64,000 nt of DNA. Origin: Macrostomum lignano (taxonomy: Eukaryota). Below, in pieces: positions 46,195 through 59,466 of the stretch (positions are counted from its first letter, which is position 1; the number at the start of each line of letters is the position of its first letter). The notes below the pieces were generated by a model that saw nothing but the letters and a program-made list of their open reading frames with translations, did not search any database and was not told the DNA's origin. The DNA is taken from positions 89,108-153,107 of the forward strand of contig NIVC01000290.1 of the NCBI GenBank assembly GCA_002269645.1, read 5' to 3'. The position numbers and the translations under genes are program-made.

Positions 46195-47255
46195 GTGTAT
46201 CTTTTATGTTTGACATGGTGGCTCTTTTATGTTTGACATGGTGGCTCTTTTATGTTTGACATAGTGGCTCTTTAGTGTTTGACATGATGGCTCTTTAATG
46301 TTCGACATGGTGGCTCTTTAATGTTTGACATGGTGGCTCTTTAATGTTCGACATGGTGGCTCTTTAATGTTAGACATGGTGGCTCTTTAATTTTTGACAT
46401 GGTGGCTATTTAATGTTTGACATGGAGTCACATATATGTTGGACATGGTGGCTCTTTTATGATTGACATGGTGGCTCTTTAATGTTTGACCTGGTGGCAC
46501 CTCAATGTAATGATGGCTCTTTAATGTTTGAAATGGTGGCTCTTTAATGTTCGACATGGTGGCTCTATAATCTTCGACATGGTGGCTCTTTAATGTTCGA
46601 TATGGTGGCTCTTTAATGTTAGACATGGTGGCTCTTTAATGCTCGACATGGTGGTCCTTTTATGCTTCACATGGTGGCTCTTAAATGTTTGACATGTTGG
46701 TCCTTTTATGTTTGACATGGTGGCTCTTTAATGTTTGACATGGTGGCTCTTTTATGTTTGACATAATGGCTCTTTAATGTTCTACATGGTGGCTTTTTTA
46801 TTTTTGACATGGTGGCTCTTTTTTAATGTTTGGCATGGTGGCTCTTTAATGTTCGACATGGTGGCTCTTTAATGTTAGACATGGTGGCTCTTTAATTTTT
46901 GACATGGTGGCTATTTAATGTTTGACATGGAGTCACATATATGTTGGACATGGTGGCTCTTTTATGATTGACATGGTGGCTCTTTAATGTTTGACCTGGT
47001 GGCACCTCAATGTAATGATGGCTCTTTAATGTTTGAAATGGTGGCTCTTGTTCGACATGGTGGCTCTATAATCTTCGACATGGTGGCTCTTTAATGTTCG
47101 ATATGGTGGTCCTTTTATGCTTGACATTGTGGCTCTTTAATGTTTGACATGTTGGTCCTATTATGTTTGACATGGTGGCTCTTTAATGTTTGGCATGGTG
47201 GCTCTTTAATGTTTGACATGGTGGCTCTTTAATGTTAGACATGGTGGCTCTTTAA
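46195..47255. repeat. 23-bp satellite (TTTGACATGGTGGCTCTTTAATG) inside the autonomous Helitron; 18-bp AGATAGCAAGCATCCCCC repeat at ~46000-46110
   Basis: The same arrays are expanded in the downstream non-autonomous units. Confidence 0.93.
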
Positions 47256-48409
47256 TTTTTAACGTTTGTTAAACGTTTTGTTAAACGTTTTTGACGTTTG
47301 TAACGCAAGAATTTTTTGTATTTTTTCGCGAATAAACTTGAAAAGTACAAAGTTAAAACTTATGAACATGGCATTAAAAGTACAACCGATATGTCACGTA
47401 TACATAGCGTGTGCAATGGCTGCATGTGACCAGATGAGTTCCTTTAATACTCTACGTTAGTCTATAGTCGCAGCCCTCGGATTCGCTCATTCCTGCCCTC
47501 AAATCCATAGTCAGAACAATCAGTTCGGCTCTATTTCCTTAGCCTTTGCGCTTTGCCACAGACTATTCATATTTGTTTCGCCAAAGATTAAGAAATGAAG
47601 TAAGACAAAAGCTTCATTCAGGGCCTTCGCCTTAGTTAAAATTGACATCTTGTGAGTTTCGTATATTATTCAACTTTCAATATATGGAAGACGAAGGCCC
47701 CGTCGCAAGTTGATGCAAATCGTTTTTTATGAGCTTACAGTCCACAGTTGTCACAGGTGACTTGATCGAGATATTTTTGATTTTTGAAAAAAAGACTGTC
47801 ACTCGTAGTTTGCGTAAAAATCCATATACTAAAATTCACTCTAATGTTAAGTTTTTGCGAACCTTGGAAAACTAAAAACAAAATTGTTTCGTCTTTTGCA
47901 TAAATTTGCGATATAAAATAAGTAAAGTTTTTACACGAATTATAATGAAATTTCAGGTGAAAAATAAAAGACAAAATTAACTGCTCATCAAAGATTGAAT
48001 TCATTAAAAGCAGTGCAAAAGAAGGTTTGTTTCAAAAGTTACTTTCGGCTAATATGAAATTGCCTTAAAATACAAATTAACTGTAAAGTGCAAATTGACT
48101 GTAAAAATTAATACAATGAATAAAATAAGCCTAATTGAGCTTCAACATAAAGTTCATCAGCTATTAGCTCGTACTCACTGCCATGCAATATCTACGCTTC
48201 GTTAGAAATGAGGTTGGGGCAATAAGTTTCCTGCGATTCTTTTAGGAATGAGAGCTATTGACAGCTATTGCTTTAGAGAATGAGAGCTATTACTTAAGAG
48301 ATATGGGGAAATAATTATTCTATTTTTCCTTAAAAATAAATGAATATACTTTCTAGCCTTTTGCATAAGGAAAATTATTGCTCACCCCTCATTTTTTACG
48401 ATAAATAAA

Positions 48410-51400
48410 TTAGTCTTCAGTGAGAACTTCTGGAAACACAACGTTTCTGGTCCTTGTTCCCGGAATCCGGACGCGAACATTTGCCGCGTTCTTTGCTCGT
48501 GACAGCGCCGTGTACAGCTGGCCATGCGTGAAGCAACCGACTGACAGGTCAATGCCAACTGTGTCCAGAAACTGTCCCTGCGACTTGTGAATCGTCAGGC
48601 AGAAACTCGGCTTCACAGGGAACTGCAGCCGCTTAAAACTGACGGGGAGGTCCGCATTGCTAGGAATCAGCGGGATTCGCGGCAGAAGAATCTCGTCTCC
48701 CGTGAACTGGCCGGCGGCAATCTTGCATCTAAGCACGTTCTCGCCCATTGCGAGTATGATGAGCCGCGTACCATTGCACAATCGTGGCGGGTTGATGTTC
48801 CTGAGAAGAACTACTGGCATACCCACTTTTAGCCTCAGCAAGTGAATCGGAAAGTTCGGGGCATCCAGCTGGTTGAGCAACTCAGGCGGGAAGTGCGTAG
48901 CGGCATCCTCATCGGCCACACTGTCTATTGAGCGGTACTCCCGCAGGCTGCCGGGGAACATGCCCAGGCACGTCTCGTTGATGGCATCCACTGAGTCATT
49001 GTACGGCGCCAGGATCGCTCGGCTTGCAAAGTAGCCGTCCCTCTCCACTGACGCCTCAAACGATGGGTACACAAAATTTATCAGATCATTGAGCGGCGCC
49101 TCCGCAGAAATGATGATCTCAGCAGGAAGAGACACTTTCTCCTCTGCATCCTGGTCAATTGTTCCGGATCCGATCTGGGGGAGTTAAAAGTCAAATATTT
49201 AAAACGCTAGACAGACTTTAAGCTAGGCATTCTTGAATAAGCCACAATTTTTAAAATGGAGCTCTCAACACGAAAGAAACCGAATATCCTTAAATCTTCC
49301 AATAAATAAACTGATGAAAACAAACTTACCTGCTTGAGTAGCTCGGTGTATCTCAAATACGTTGCAGAATCGGAACTGCTCAGCAATCGGATGTTTCTTG
49401 TAAGGCGATGCCGCCGGAAAAATTTCCACAGTGGGGATCTGCTGACACACGCCATGACGCTGTTGGCTCGAGTCCCATGCACCACAACGGGCAGCAGCTG
49501 GCGAAAGTCCCCAGCGCAAACGAAAACCACTCCGCCGAATGGCACGTCCTGCTTCCGCACGTCTCGCAAGCACCGGTCGACGGCCTCCAAATCCTTCCGG
49601 TTTGTCATAGAAATCTCGTCCCAGACAATTAGACGCACTGTCCGAAATACAGCGGCCTGTTTGGACTGCGCTCCAACAGCGCACACGTCTTTGCTCGAAC
49701 GGATCGCCCGAATTGGTATCTTGAACCTGGCATAGACAAATAGTTTCACCATGCCTAACATATTTACAGCACACGAAATATTTACAACTGCTTTTTGAAA
49801 TATTGACAATAAATTACTCACGTTGAATGCGCCGTCTGTCCACCTGGCAAAAGAGTCGCTGCGATTCCAGAAGCCGCAACGGCGAGGGCGACTTCACCCC
49901 GGCTGCGCACGAAGGCTAGCAGAACCTCTAGCAGGAAGGTCTTGCCAGTGCCAGCAGGTGCGTCCAGGAAGTGCAAGCCGCTGGTGCCGTCCACAAGATT
50001 CTGAGTCACGGACTCGTACACCGCTTTCTGCTCATCTGTCAGCATTGGTAAGCGCGCCTCAGTAATCAGTGCTTGCTCAACCGTATCAAACTGCATTGGT
50101 CCATCTTGAGGTGTCACGGAGGCCGCAGGCAGGCCGTACTCTGGCAGGCTTCTCCCGCCCATGGAGATCAGCATGCTCTGAAGCTCACGCAGCGCCAGGT
50201 CAGTAATCTCCTCGGTGCTCAAGTCTCGGTGGTGGAACCGCAGGTCCTCGCTGAGATCCTCGGCAAAACTGCACCAGAGGTCGCTGCCATCCTCAGGCTC
50301 ACCCATATGAGAATTACGGCCAGAAGATGTCTCAGGGCTCTTGGCATTCTTGACTGAACGGCCTCAGCTAGACACCGCCGCCAGTGATCATCTCGCTGCA
50401 GCAGGCCAAGGGCCATGCAAGCAGCCTTGGCGCTCGGATGCACAACGCCGTCCACGGTCTGCAGCGCCTCGAAGCTAGTCGGTCCCCTAACATTCAAAAG
50501 GAGCATTCGAACATAAAATAAATCACCTGCTCTTGGACTCACCGTGTACATGCGTGCAACGTTTTTGTTCCGCACTACACCCGGATGGCCATCGACTCGC
50601 ACACCCTGCTTGGCCCGCCGCCACTCTCTTTCGCTGGAGAGCCACACAAAGTAGGACGGCACCTCCGTGTAGAGCAAGGACCCAGCAAATTCGTCAATAC
50701 GGCACAGCTTGAAAAATGCCGTCAACGTCGAATCCTTCGGCGTTCTCGCTTTTGCTCTTGCGGTCCCCTCGTTGAAATACACGAGCTGCTCTTCCGACTT
50801 GTGAACGCAGAGTCGGATGACCGCCGGAAACCTGTTGTGCACCTGATCAGAAAGTGGAAGGAAAATATACAGCCTTTAAGTTTCGATGGAAATTCAATTT
50901 ATACTATGACGAGGTTTCACAGCTCTGGTTAAAATGAGCCAATAATAATTAGAATGCGAATTACTTCAAAGCCCAAGATGGTATTCACGGCTTCCATTGG
51001 ACCAATGTAGCGCGCGGACAGGTACTCTTTAATCTCATCACGCGGCTTATTTCCTGTCGTTTGCGTCGGCTGCTGGTCACCCACTGCCTGCTCTCTCGGT
51101 TCAGTAGAATTCCTATTGGCATCGACTTTGAACGTCGCCATGTCGCCACCCTTTAACAGGTACTTGATCACGTACTTGACCGACTTCACAGTGGCGCAAA
51201 CTTCGACGTTCAAGTGGCACGCAAACTGGAGCAACAGGTCAGGGCTGTACGGAACGACCCACCTGTTTTAATGAAAAAATAATATCATTAACTTTCAGAA
51301 ACAAAAGCTGCAATGCACAACTAAGCAATATATTAGCGTTTGAACTTCCCTGTTGTCCATGCGAATGCTCCGGCCTTTGAACAGTTTGTCCACTGTAAAT

Positions 51401-54400
51401 CCGCCCATCTCAGGCGATAGTCTGCGGTACAGTGGGTAGCCAGTATCGCTGGTCAGCGTCACCTGCTGGAACTCTTTCGGAAAGCCCTTGCTGCATTCGC
51501 CATTCTCCATGCAAGGACACGCCGGATTCTCCTTGCCGCAGGGGCCATGGATCATGTGCGTCTTCACCAGCTCATACAGCACAGGCTGCTGCTCTGGGTC
51601 CGGAATCTCGGCAGACACGATGTCATCGTATCGGTCCGGAGTCACTCGCTGACCGCTCATGAGCCACAGCAGAAAGTGCACATGGGGAAGACCTGGAGCG
51701 TCAAAAAAGTATTAAAAAATATCACAAAACCTTTGTAAATCTAAATTTTAATAAATCTTAAAACTTTGATTCTTGCAAGTCAGAATTTTTACTCACCACG
51801 CTTCTGGTACTCCAGTGAGCAAACGTGAGCGGCCTCTTTCCCATAGCGCTTGGTCAACTGGGCCAGAAGAGCTTTCCTCTTCATTTCAAAGACTCGGCTA
51901 ACAATGTCCGGCCGGTCTTCTGCCCGCTGTCCAGGCAGCAGCTGAGCGCTGATCTCCGGCCATTTCGGATTGCACGTTGCGGTGACAAACAGGTCCGGCT
52001 TACCGAACTTGTGAACATAGGTCATAGCGTCCTGTAGCCTCTCCATCAGGTACCTTGGCCCGCCAACGAAGCTCGAAGACAGAAGCACATGCGCGGGCTT
52101 GCCTATGTCACTCGGATCTCTGTCGGTAGACCTGCCATCAGCTGCAAACAGAGCGTCCCGCAGACCGCTGTATGTCTCGCTGCGCAGGTCCTGCTGATGG
52201 GTCCGCAAATACAGCAGCCTCTCTGCCTCAATCTTGGCACACATGTCCACCAAGTACTGCTGAAATAATCTTCGGCCATAGTGCAGCACACTGAACTGGC
52301 CCGCTCGCACCATGATTTCGCTCGCATAGTATTTCATGGGCGTCAATTTCTTGCCATTACTCATCAGCAACTCCGGGTGCCAGCCATCTTCGCCATTCGG
52401 GAACAGCAGCACATACTCCAGCGGGTCATATGAGCGGTGCGTCTCGCTGATTCTCTGGGAACCGCCACCACGCAGTTGAATCACGACGTCCCGACTGGCC
52501 GGTGTGTTCTCATTGTCCTCCACAATCAGGATACCGACCTCGTTCGCCGTAGGCAAGTTGTAGCGCCTGATTTTGAACGGAGTTTGTGGGATACAGAGTC
52601 TGTACAAATTGGATAATTGGATAATTTATTACGCAAAATATCTTATTAGAATGTCTTGCAGACATACCGAATGTGTTCCCCAGATGGTCGACGGTCAGGG
52701 TGAATTACGATTCGCGCATCTCCCAACTCCGGATCTTGACTGATTCGATGAGCGACTGCCCTCAGGCTGCGGACATAGCCGTTGCACTCGTGAAGCAGCG
52801 TCTGCAATAGCTCCAGTAGCTCCGGCTTCACCTTCTGGCTGAGACTCTGGCGGCTTTCAAGTTCGCGATCATTGAAATACACCTGCCAGCCATGGGGCTC
52901 AGCTGAATCCTCTGCAAACAGCGGCGCCGTGTTGTGATGCAACTGGCCGCTGATGATGAAGCTGGGACACCAGCCTGGCACCAACCGCAGTTTGGCACCC
53001 AGCGATGTCAGGTGCAGCGCCGAGTTGTAACTCCGAATGTTGGTCAGGAACTCGGCACTCATTCTGTGCCGCCCCAGGTACAGATCTGCCAGCACTTGAG
53101 GCACGGTGCGGCTGGGCAGCTTCACCTTGCCTTTGGCGCAGCAGAAATTCCTCGTCTCAGAGCACCAAAGTAATGCACCGCATTGGTCGCATGCTCTGTC
53201 CATTGGGCCACAGTTATGGGCTGGCGCTTCAGGCCTGATAATCCGTTCTGGCCTGTGATTAGAAGGATTAGGATTAGGAAGGATTAATGGCAAACAGTTT
53301 TCCCAGTTAATCTTTCAGCTTACAAAAAAATTTATTGGAATAAAACAACTTGAGTTCGATGACAAATAAATTATGATGACCAGTCACACCAATGACCTAC
53401 CTCTCTTGAGCAGGTCTTGCGCCAAAATGACATGCACTCTGCTGAGTTAATCTTGGCTCCTCTGCATCTACAATGGGCTCAGAAACTGGAATCGGATTAG
53501 CAAATCGCAATGACTCATAATGCTCATGACGCAAAAGAATTCGGACGATTGCAATCGGTGGCTGCAAAGGGGACATACAGTACTGCAGTACAGTGCCGTT
53601 TTCTTGATAAATCACCAGATCAACATTAAAACAACGGCTTAAAAGCGGAACAACTTCATCAGGCACATATGTGCCTTCAGAAAAAGAGGAATCAACAATG
53701 AAATCAGCATTTTCTGGCAAAACAAAGCCTTGTTCAATCAATTCTGGCATAATCTGCACTACACGGCTCGTCAGCTCGTGTCTTAAAGATGCCGCATCGG
53801 TCTCAAGTGGAGTGCCCTGCAACTGATCACAGACTGCATAAAAAAAACAGTTCCCATCACCAGGAATGCGAATTATGCGCAACGCATCAAAAGGTACCAC
53901 AGACGGTGTGGCCAACTCACTACTATCAAACCTGGAATATAGGAAAAAAATTATACACAACTTCATTTGCCGGTAATTAAAGTAGTGACGAATAAATTTT
54001 ATGCTATTCTATACTGATCTCTTAAATAAAACTCTTGGAAAGCAATCGACTTGAAAAGATGAGAAAAAATGCACGAAACAGATTCCAGTTTTTAATTATA
54101 TGCCCAAGTACCAATAAAACATCAGCTAAGATAGAAAATACCCCGAATTAGGCACAAAGGGCACTTGGATTTTATATAGCTATAAAATATATAGCTCCAA
54201 TTAAAATGTCATCCTACCTGCCAGCCGACACTCCTCGACGGCGAATTTGCTCGGCTTCCACTCGAGCTCTTCGTTGCTCTTCGGTTTCTGAAGCGCGTCG
54301 CTTCTCCGCACGAGTTCTGTCTCCAGATCTACGCTCTTCTCGCTGAGCGTCTGTTTCCGTTGCCCTTCGCTCAGCATTTTCCTGCCGGAGTCTCGTCAGG

Positions 54401-54696
54401 CGCTCTTCTCGCTGAGCGTCGGTTTCAGTTGCCCTTCGCTCAGCCTCCTGCTGCCGGTGTCCAGCCAGCCGCTCTTCTCGCTGCGCGTCAGTCTCCATGG
54501 CCGTTCGCTCAGCCTTCTGCTGCCGCAGTCCAGCCAACCGCTCTTCTCGCTGCGCGTCAGTCTCCATGGCCGTTCGCTCATTCTTCTGCTGCCGCAGTCC
54601 AGCCAGCCGCTCCTCTCGCTCAACGGCACTCTCTTGCTGACGCTTCTTCTTGGCATCTCTGCTCTTCTTCAATGCGCTGGTGCCACGTCGAGCCAT
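48410..54696 (-). CDS. Helitron RepHel (charged repeats + OTU + Zn finger + HUH Rep + PIF1 helicase); exons 54696-54218, 53931-53401, 53252-52668, 52566-51797, 51692-51350, 51262-50965, 50842-49822, 49726-49330, 49174-48410; two lesions
   Basis: OTU GDGNCFFYAV...HYES; ZnF CDQCGA..W..E..FCC.KGKV.LP; RYNLPT; Rep motifs DLFVTATCNPKW, EYQKRGLPHVH and KYLLK; helicase motifs APAGTGKT, VWDE, GDFRQLLPV, TIHKSQGQ and HGQLYTALSR. There is a frameshift near 50303 and a GG donor at 51349. Confidence 0.9.
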
Positions 54697-56006
54697 ATTG
54701 GAATTCAAATTGAAAGATAAGAATTTTGAGTTATAATGAAAAGAAAGGATAGTAGGGGTTGTGTGCGAGAAAAGAGAAAGGTATGAAGTCTATAATGTCA
54801 CGCGTTTTAAACTCAGCAACCACCCAATCCCAAAAAGCTGGACACCATTTGTACACTGTTAGACTGTCAGTGTGTACAGCAAGCCTAAATTCTCTCCAAT
54901 ACCCGCCTGCTAATTGGTCAGGACTCTTTTTATTATTCAATACTCTCTCTCAAACACCTAACTCTAACTCTCCTATGTGAAAGGATTCAGATAAATTTTC
55001 TGAAGGAGGCGCAAGCCTCAGTAGCCAATGTACATCTATCTCTGTGGCACTTTTGGACTTTTTTATAATCAGACGGTTTTATTACATTTTGGAGGGTCAG
55101 TCTCAAACATGGTTCGTATATTGTGAATCAATTAGATACTGTATATATGTGCATGTATTTCACTCTCTCACTCTCCCTCTCTCCAGCATTTAAAGTTAGT
55201 ATGTCAATTGTGCACGGGAAGATTTTATAATGTACAATCTTTTCTCGCAGTGTACATTTATAGTTCTCTAGCCTGGCGACAAAAAATACTACTTTACTGG
55301 GCGCTGCAAAGTTTAATTCCAATCAGAATGGCTCACAGTAGGAAGTTCTGCTTGACCCTTGCAGAAAGGCATGTGTGTTATTCGAATATTCGCGCTTCTT
55401 CTATGCTTTACAGGAACTTTTCATGCTTAAAATGACACTTCTTTTACGATTTTTATGACACTTGTGGTTCTGAATTAGTAAGCCTCGACGCTAGCATTTT
55501 TTAGGTTTTTCATGACGCTTCTTTTATGTTTAACAAAAATTACACTATAAGATGAGCACGAAGCAGTTATGACATAATCAATTTTTCAATCGTCAGTATG
55601 GTTACGCAGTCTAAATCAAGTCTCGTAATATGCTTCTACACAGTGTTTTCAACACTGTGACGCAATTCAAGGCGGAGGTACAATTCAGCTGTTATGCAAT
55701 CTTTATCACAATCAGAATTCAGTCAGTCAGTTTTTTCTCTAGCATTTTTACAATGCATTTCAGGTCGAAAGAGCTGCTTGACCTTTGCAAAAAAGCATGT
55801 TTTTCGAATATTTAATCCCTTTAAAATTGAGCATTTTCTTAGCCAAGATGCATGTACCGTCCCAGGAAAATTTCTGATCGAATGGTGCAAGTTTGAAGAA
55901 AATCGGTTGAGCCATTTTTTCTGAAATCTATCGCATACCTACCCACATACAGACAACTCATTTTTAGTATATAGGATACAAACCTTAGAGATTTAGTATA
56001 TTTAGA

Positions 56007-59000
56007 CTAGCAATCTTCGCCCCCCGATGGGGGACATCTGGATAGAATCTCTGTTCTCTACAAGTAACAAAAAGACAGCCAGAAAATCCTTCACAAAGAC
56101 AACAGACAAACTGCTCAAATGAAGTGAATTGCAATAAGAAATCTTCCCAAGACCACAAGCATCCCCCAGATAGCAAGCATTCCCCGGATAGCAAGCATCC
56201 CTCAAATAGCAAGCATCCCCCAGATAGCAAGCATTCCCCAGATAGCAAGCATCCCTCAAATAGCAAGCATCCCCCAGATAGCAAGCATCCCCCAGATAGC
56301 AAGCATCCCCAGATAGCAAGCATCCCCCAGATAGCAAACATCCCCCAGATAGCAAGCATCCCCCAGATAGCAAGCATTCCCCAGATAGCAAACATTCCCC
56401 AGATAGCAAGCATTCCCCAGATAGCAAGCATCCCTCAGATAGCAAGCATACCCCAAATAGCAAGCATCCCTCAGATAGCAAGCATCCCTCAGATAGCAAG
56501 CATCCCCCAGATAGCAAGCATCACTCAGATAGCAAGCATCCCTCAGATAGCAAGCATCCACCAGATAGCAAGCATCCCTCAGATAGCAAGCATCCCCCAA
56601 ATTGCAAGCATCGCCCAGATAGCAAGCATCCCCCAGAAAGCAAGCATCCCCCAAATAGCAACCATCCACCAGACAAAAAGTAGCTAGAGCGACAATTTCC
56701 TTAGCTTTATAGTGGCTCCTTTAAATTGGCATGGCGCTTTATACCTTTACATTTGAAATTGTATATCTTGAATGTTTGACATGGTGGCTCTTTTATGTTT
56801 GACATGGTGGCTCTTTATTGTTCGACATGGTGGCTTTTTTATGTTTGACATGGTGGCTCTTGTATGTTCGACATGGTGGCTCTTTTAATGGTCGACATGG
56901 TGGCTCTTTAATGTTCTTCATGTTGGCTCTTTTATGTTTGACATGCTGGCTTTTTTATGTTTGACATGGTGGCTCTTTTATGTTCGACATGGTGGCTCTT
57001 TTATGTTCTACATGGCTGCTCTTTTATGTTCGACATGGTGGCTCTTGTATGTTCGACATGGTCGCTCTTTTGGGTTTGAAATGGTGGCTCTTTAATATTT
57101 GACAAGGTGGCCCTTTAATGTTTAACATGGTGGCTCTTTAAATTTCGAAATGGTGGCTCCTTAATTTTCGAAATGGTGGCTGTTTTATGTTTGACATGGT
57201 GGCTCTTTAATGTTCGACATGGTGGCTCTTTAATGTTCTTAATGGTGTCTGTTTTATGTTTGACATGGTGGCTCTTTATTGTTCGACATGGTGGCTCTTT
57301 AGTTTTCGAAATGGTGGCTGTTTTATGTTTGACATGGTGGCTCTTTAATATTTGACAAGGTGGCCCTTTAATGTTTAACATGGTGGCTCTTTAATTTTCG
57401 AAATGGTGGCTCCTTAATTTTCGAAATGGTGGCTCTTTTATGTTTGACATGGTGGCTCTTTAATGTTCGACATGGTGGCTCTTTAATGTTCGACATGGTG
57501 GCTCTTTAATGTTCTTAATGGTGTCTGTTTTATGTTCGACATGGTGGCTCTTTTATGTTCGACATGGTGGCTCTTTAATGTTCGACATGGTGGCTCATTT
57601 AGGTTTGAAATGGTGGCTCTTTAATGTTTGACATTGTGGCTCTTTAATATTGGACAAGGTGGCTCTTTAATGTTCGACATGGTGGCTCCTTAATTTTCGA
57701 AATGGTGGCTCCTTAATTTTCGAAATGGTGGCTGCTTTATGTTTGACATGGTGGCTCTTTAATGTTTGACATGGTAACTCTTTTATGTTTGATATGGTGG
57801 CTCTTTTATGTTCGACATGGTGGCTCTTTAATGTTCGACATGGTGGCTCCTTTAGGTTTGAAATGGTGGCTCTTTAATGTTTGACATTGTGGCTCTTTTA
57901 TGTTCGACATGGTGGCTCTTTTAGGTTTGACATGGTGACTCTTAAATGTTTGACATGGTGGCTCTTTAATGTTTCACATGGTGGCTCTTTAATATTTGAC
58001 ATAAAGTCACATATATGTTTGACATGGTGGCTCCTAAATGTTTGACATGGTGGCTCTTTAATGTTCGACATGGTGGCTCCTTAATTTTCGAAATGGTGGC
58101 TCCTTAATTTTCGAAATGGTGGCTGCTTTATGTTTGACATGGTGGCTCTTTAATGTTTGACATGGTAACTCTTTTATGTTTGATATGGTGGCTCTTTTAT
58201 GTTCGACATGGTGGCTCTTTAATGTTCGACATGGTGGCTCCTTTAGGTTTGAAATGGTGGCTCTTTAATGTTTGACATTGTGGCTCTTTTATGTTCGACA
58301 TGGTGGCTCTTTTAGGTTTGACATGGTGACTCTTAAATGTTTGACATGGTGGCTCTTTAATGTTTCACATGGTGGCTCTTTAATATTTGACATAAAGTCA
58401 CATATATGTTTGACATGGTGGCTCCTAAATGTTTGACATGGTGGCTCTTTATGTTTGACATGGTGGCTCTTTTATGTTCGACATGGTGGATCTTTTTTGT
58501 TCTACATGGTAACTCTTTTATGTTTGATACGGTGGCTTTTGAATGTCTGACATGTTGGCTCTTTTATGTTTGACATGGTGGCTCTTAATTGTTTGACATA
58601 GTGGCTCTTTAATGTTCAAAATGGTGGCTCTTTAATGTTCGAAATGGTGGCTCTTTAATGTTCGAAATGGTGGCTGTTTTATGTTTGACATGGTGGCTCT
58701 TTTATGTTTGACATGGTGGCTCTTAATTGTTTGACATGGTAGCTCTTTAATGTTCGACATGGTAGCTCTTTTATGTTTGACATGGTAACTCTTTTATGTT
58801 CGATATGTTGGCTCTTCTATGTTTGACATTGCGCTTCTTTGATGTTTAGCAGTTTTGTTGTGTTTTTAAGGTGTTTTAATAAAAAAATCTTTTTGCACTA
58901 CTATGATTCGAACCCAGGTCGCTACATTAGCATTCCAGTCTGTTCGCATCAGGCTATCTCTTTTCAATTGGAGAACATGAATTGTGGCCCTTATAATTCA

Positions 59001-59435
59001 ATTCTTACAGCAAGTCAATTGGAGTAAAAAGTTATGACATAATCAATTTCTCAGTCAGCCAGTATCAGTCTCAATTTAAGTTAGCAATATGGTTACGCAA
59101 TTTAAATCAAGTCGTGTGTGCATTTCTTCGGTACTGTTTTTAACTTGTTGTGATGCAATCTTTATCACAATCGGAATTCAGTCAGTCAGTTTTTTCTCTA
59201 GCATTCTTACAATGCATTTCAGGTCGAAAGAGCTGCTTGACCTTTGCAAAAAAGCATGTTTTTCGAATATTTAATCCCTTTAAAATTGAGCAATTTCTTA
59301 GCCAAGATGCATGTACCGTCCCAGGAAAATTTCTGATCGAATGGTGCAAGTTTGAAGAAAATCGGTTGAGCCATTTTTTCTGAAATCTATCGCATACCTA
59401 CCCACATACAGACAACTCATTTTTAGTATATAGGA
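56007..59435 (-). mobile_element. Non-autonomous Helitron unit 2 (3.4 kb, mostly 18-bp and 23-bp satellite)
   Basis: It shares both termini with 45856-55976 and lacks RepHel. Confidence 0.9.
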
Positions 59436-59466
59436 TACAAACCTTAAGAGATTTAGTATATTTAGA

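Larger units (their letters stand above)
45856..55976 (-). mobile_element. Autonomous-type Helitron, 10.1 kb
   Basis: 5' end A|TCCTATATACTAAAAATG at 55976; 3' hairpin CCCCCAACGGGGGG then CGAAGATTGCTAG|T at 45856; encodes RepHel; contains 18-bp and 23-bp satellites near the 3' end. Confidence 0.92.

Noticed and set aside
45856-55976. Classification as a Helentron because of the OTU domain and satellites
   Set aside because: The termini are canonical TC...hairpin-CTAG, Rep motif 2 is GLPH, and no endonuclease domain is seen.
56760-58830. CRISPR-like regular arrays (23-, 31- and 40-bp units)
   Set aside because: The units are contiguous without unique spacers, there are no cas genes, and the context is eukaryotic.
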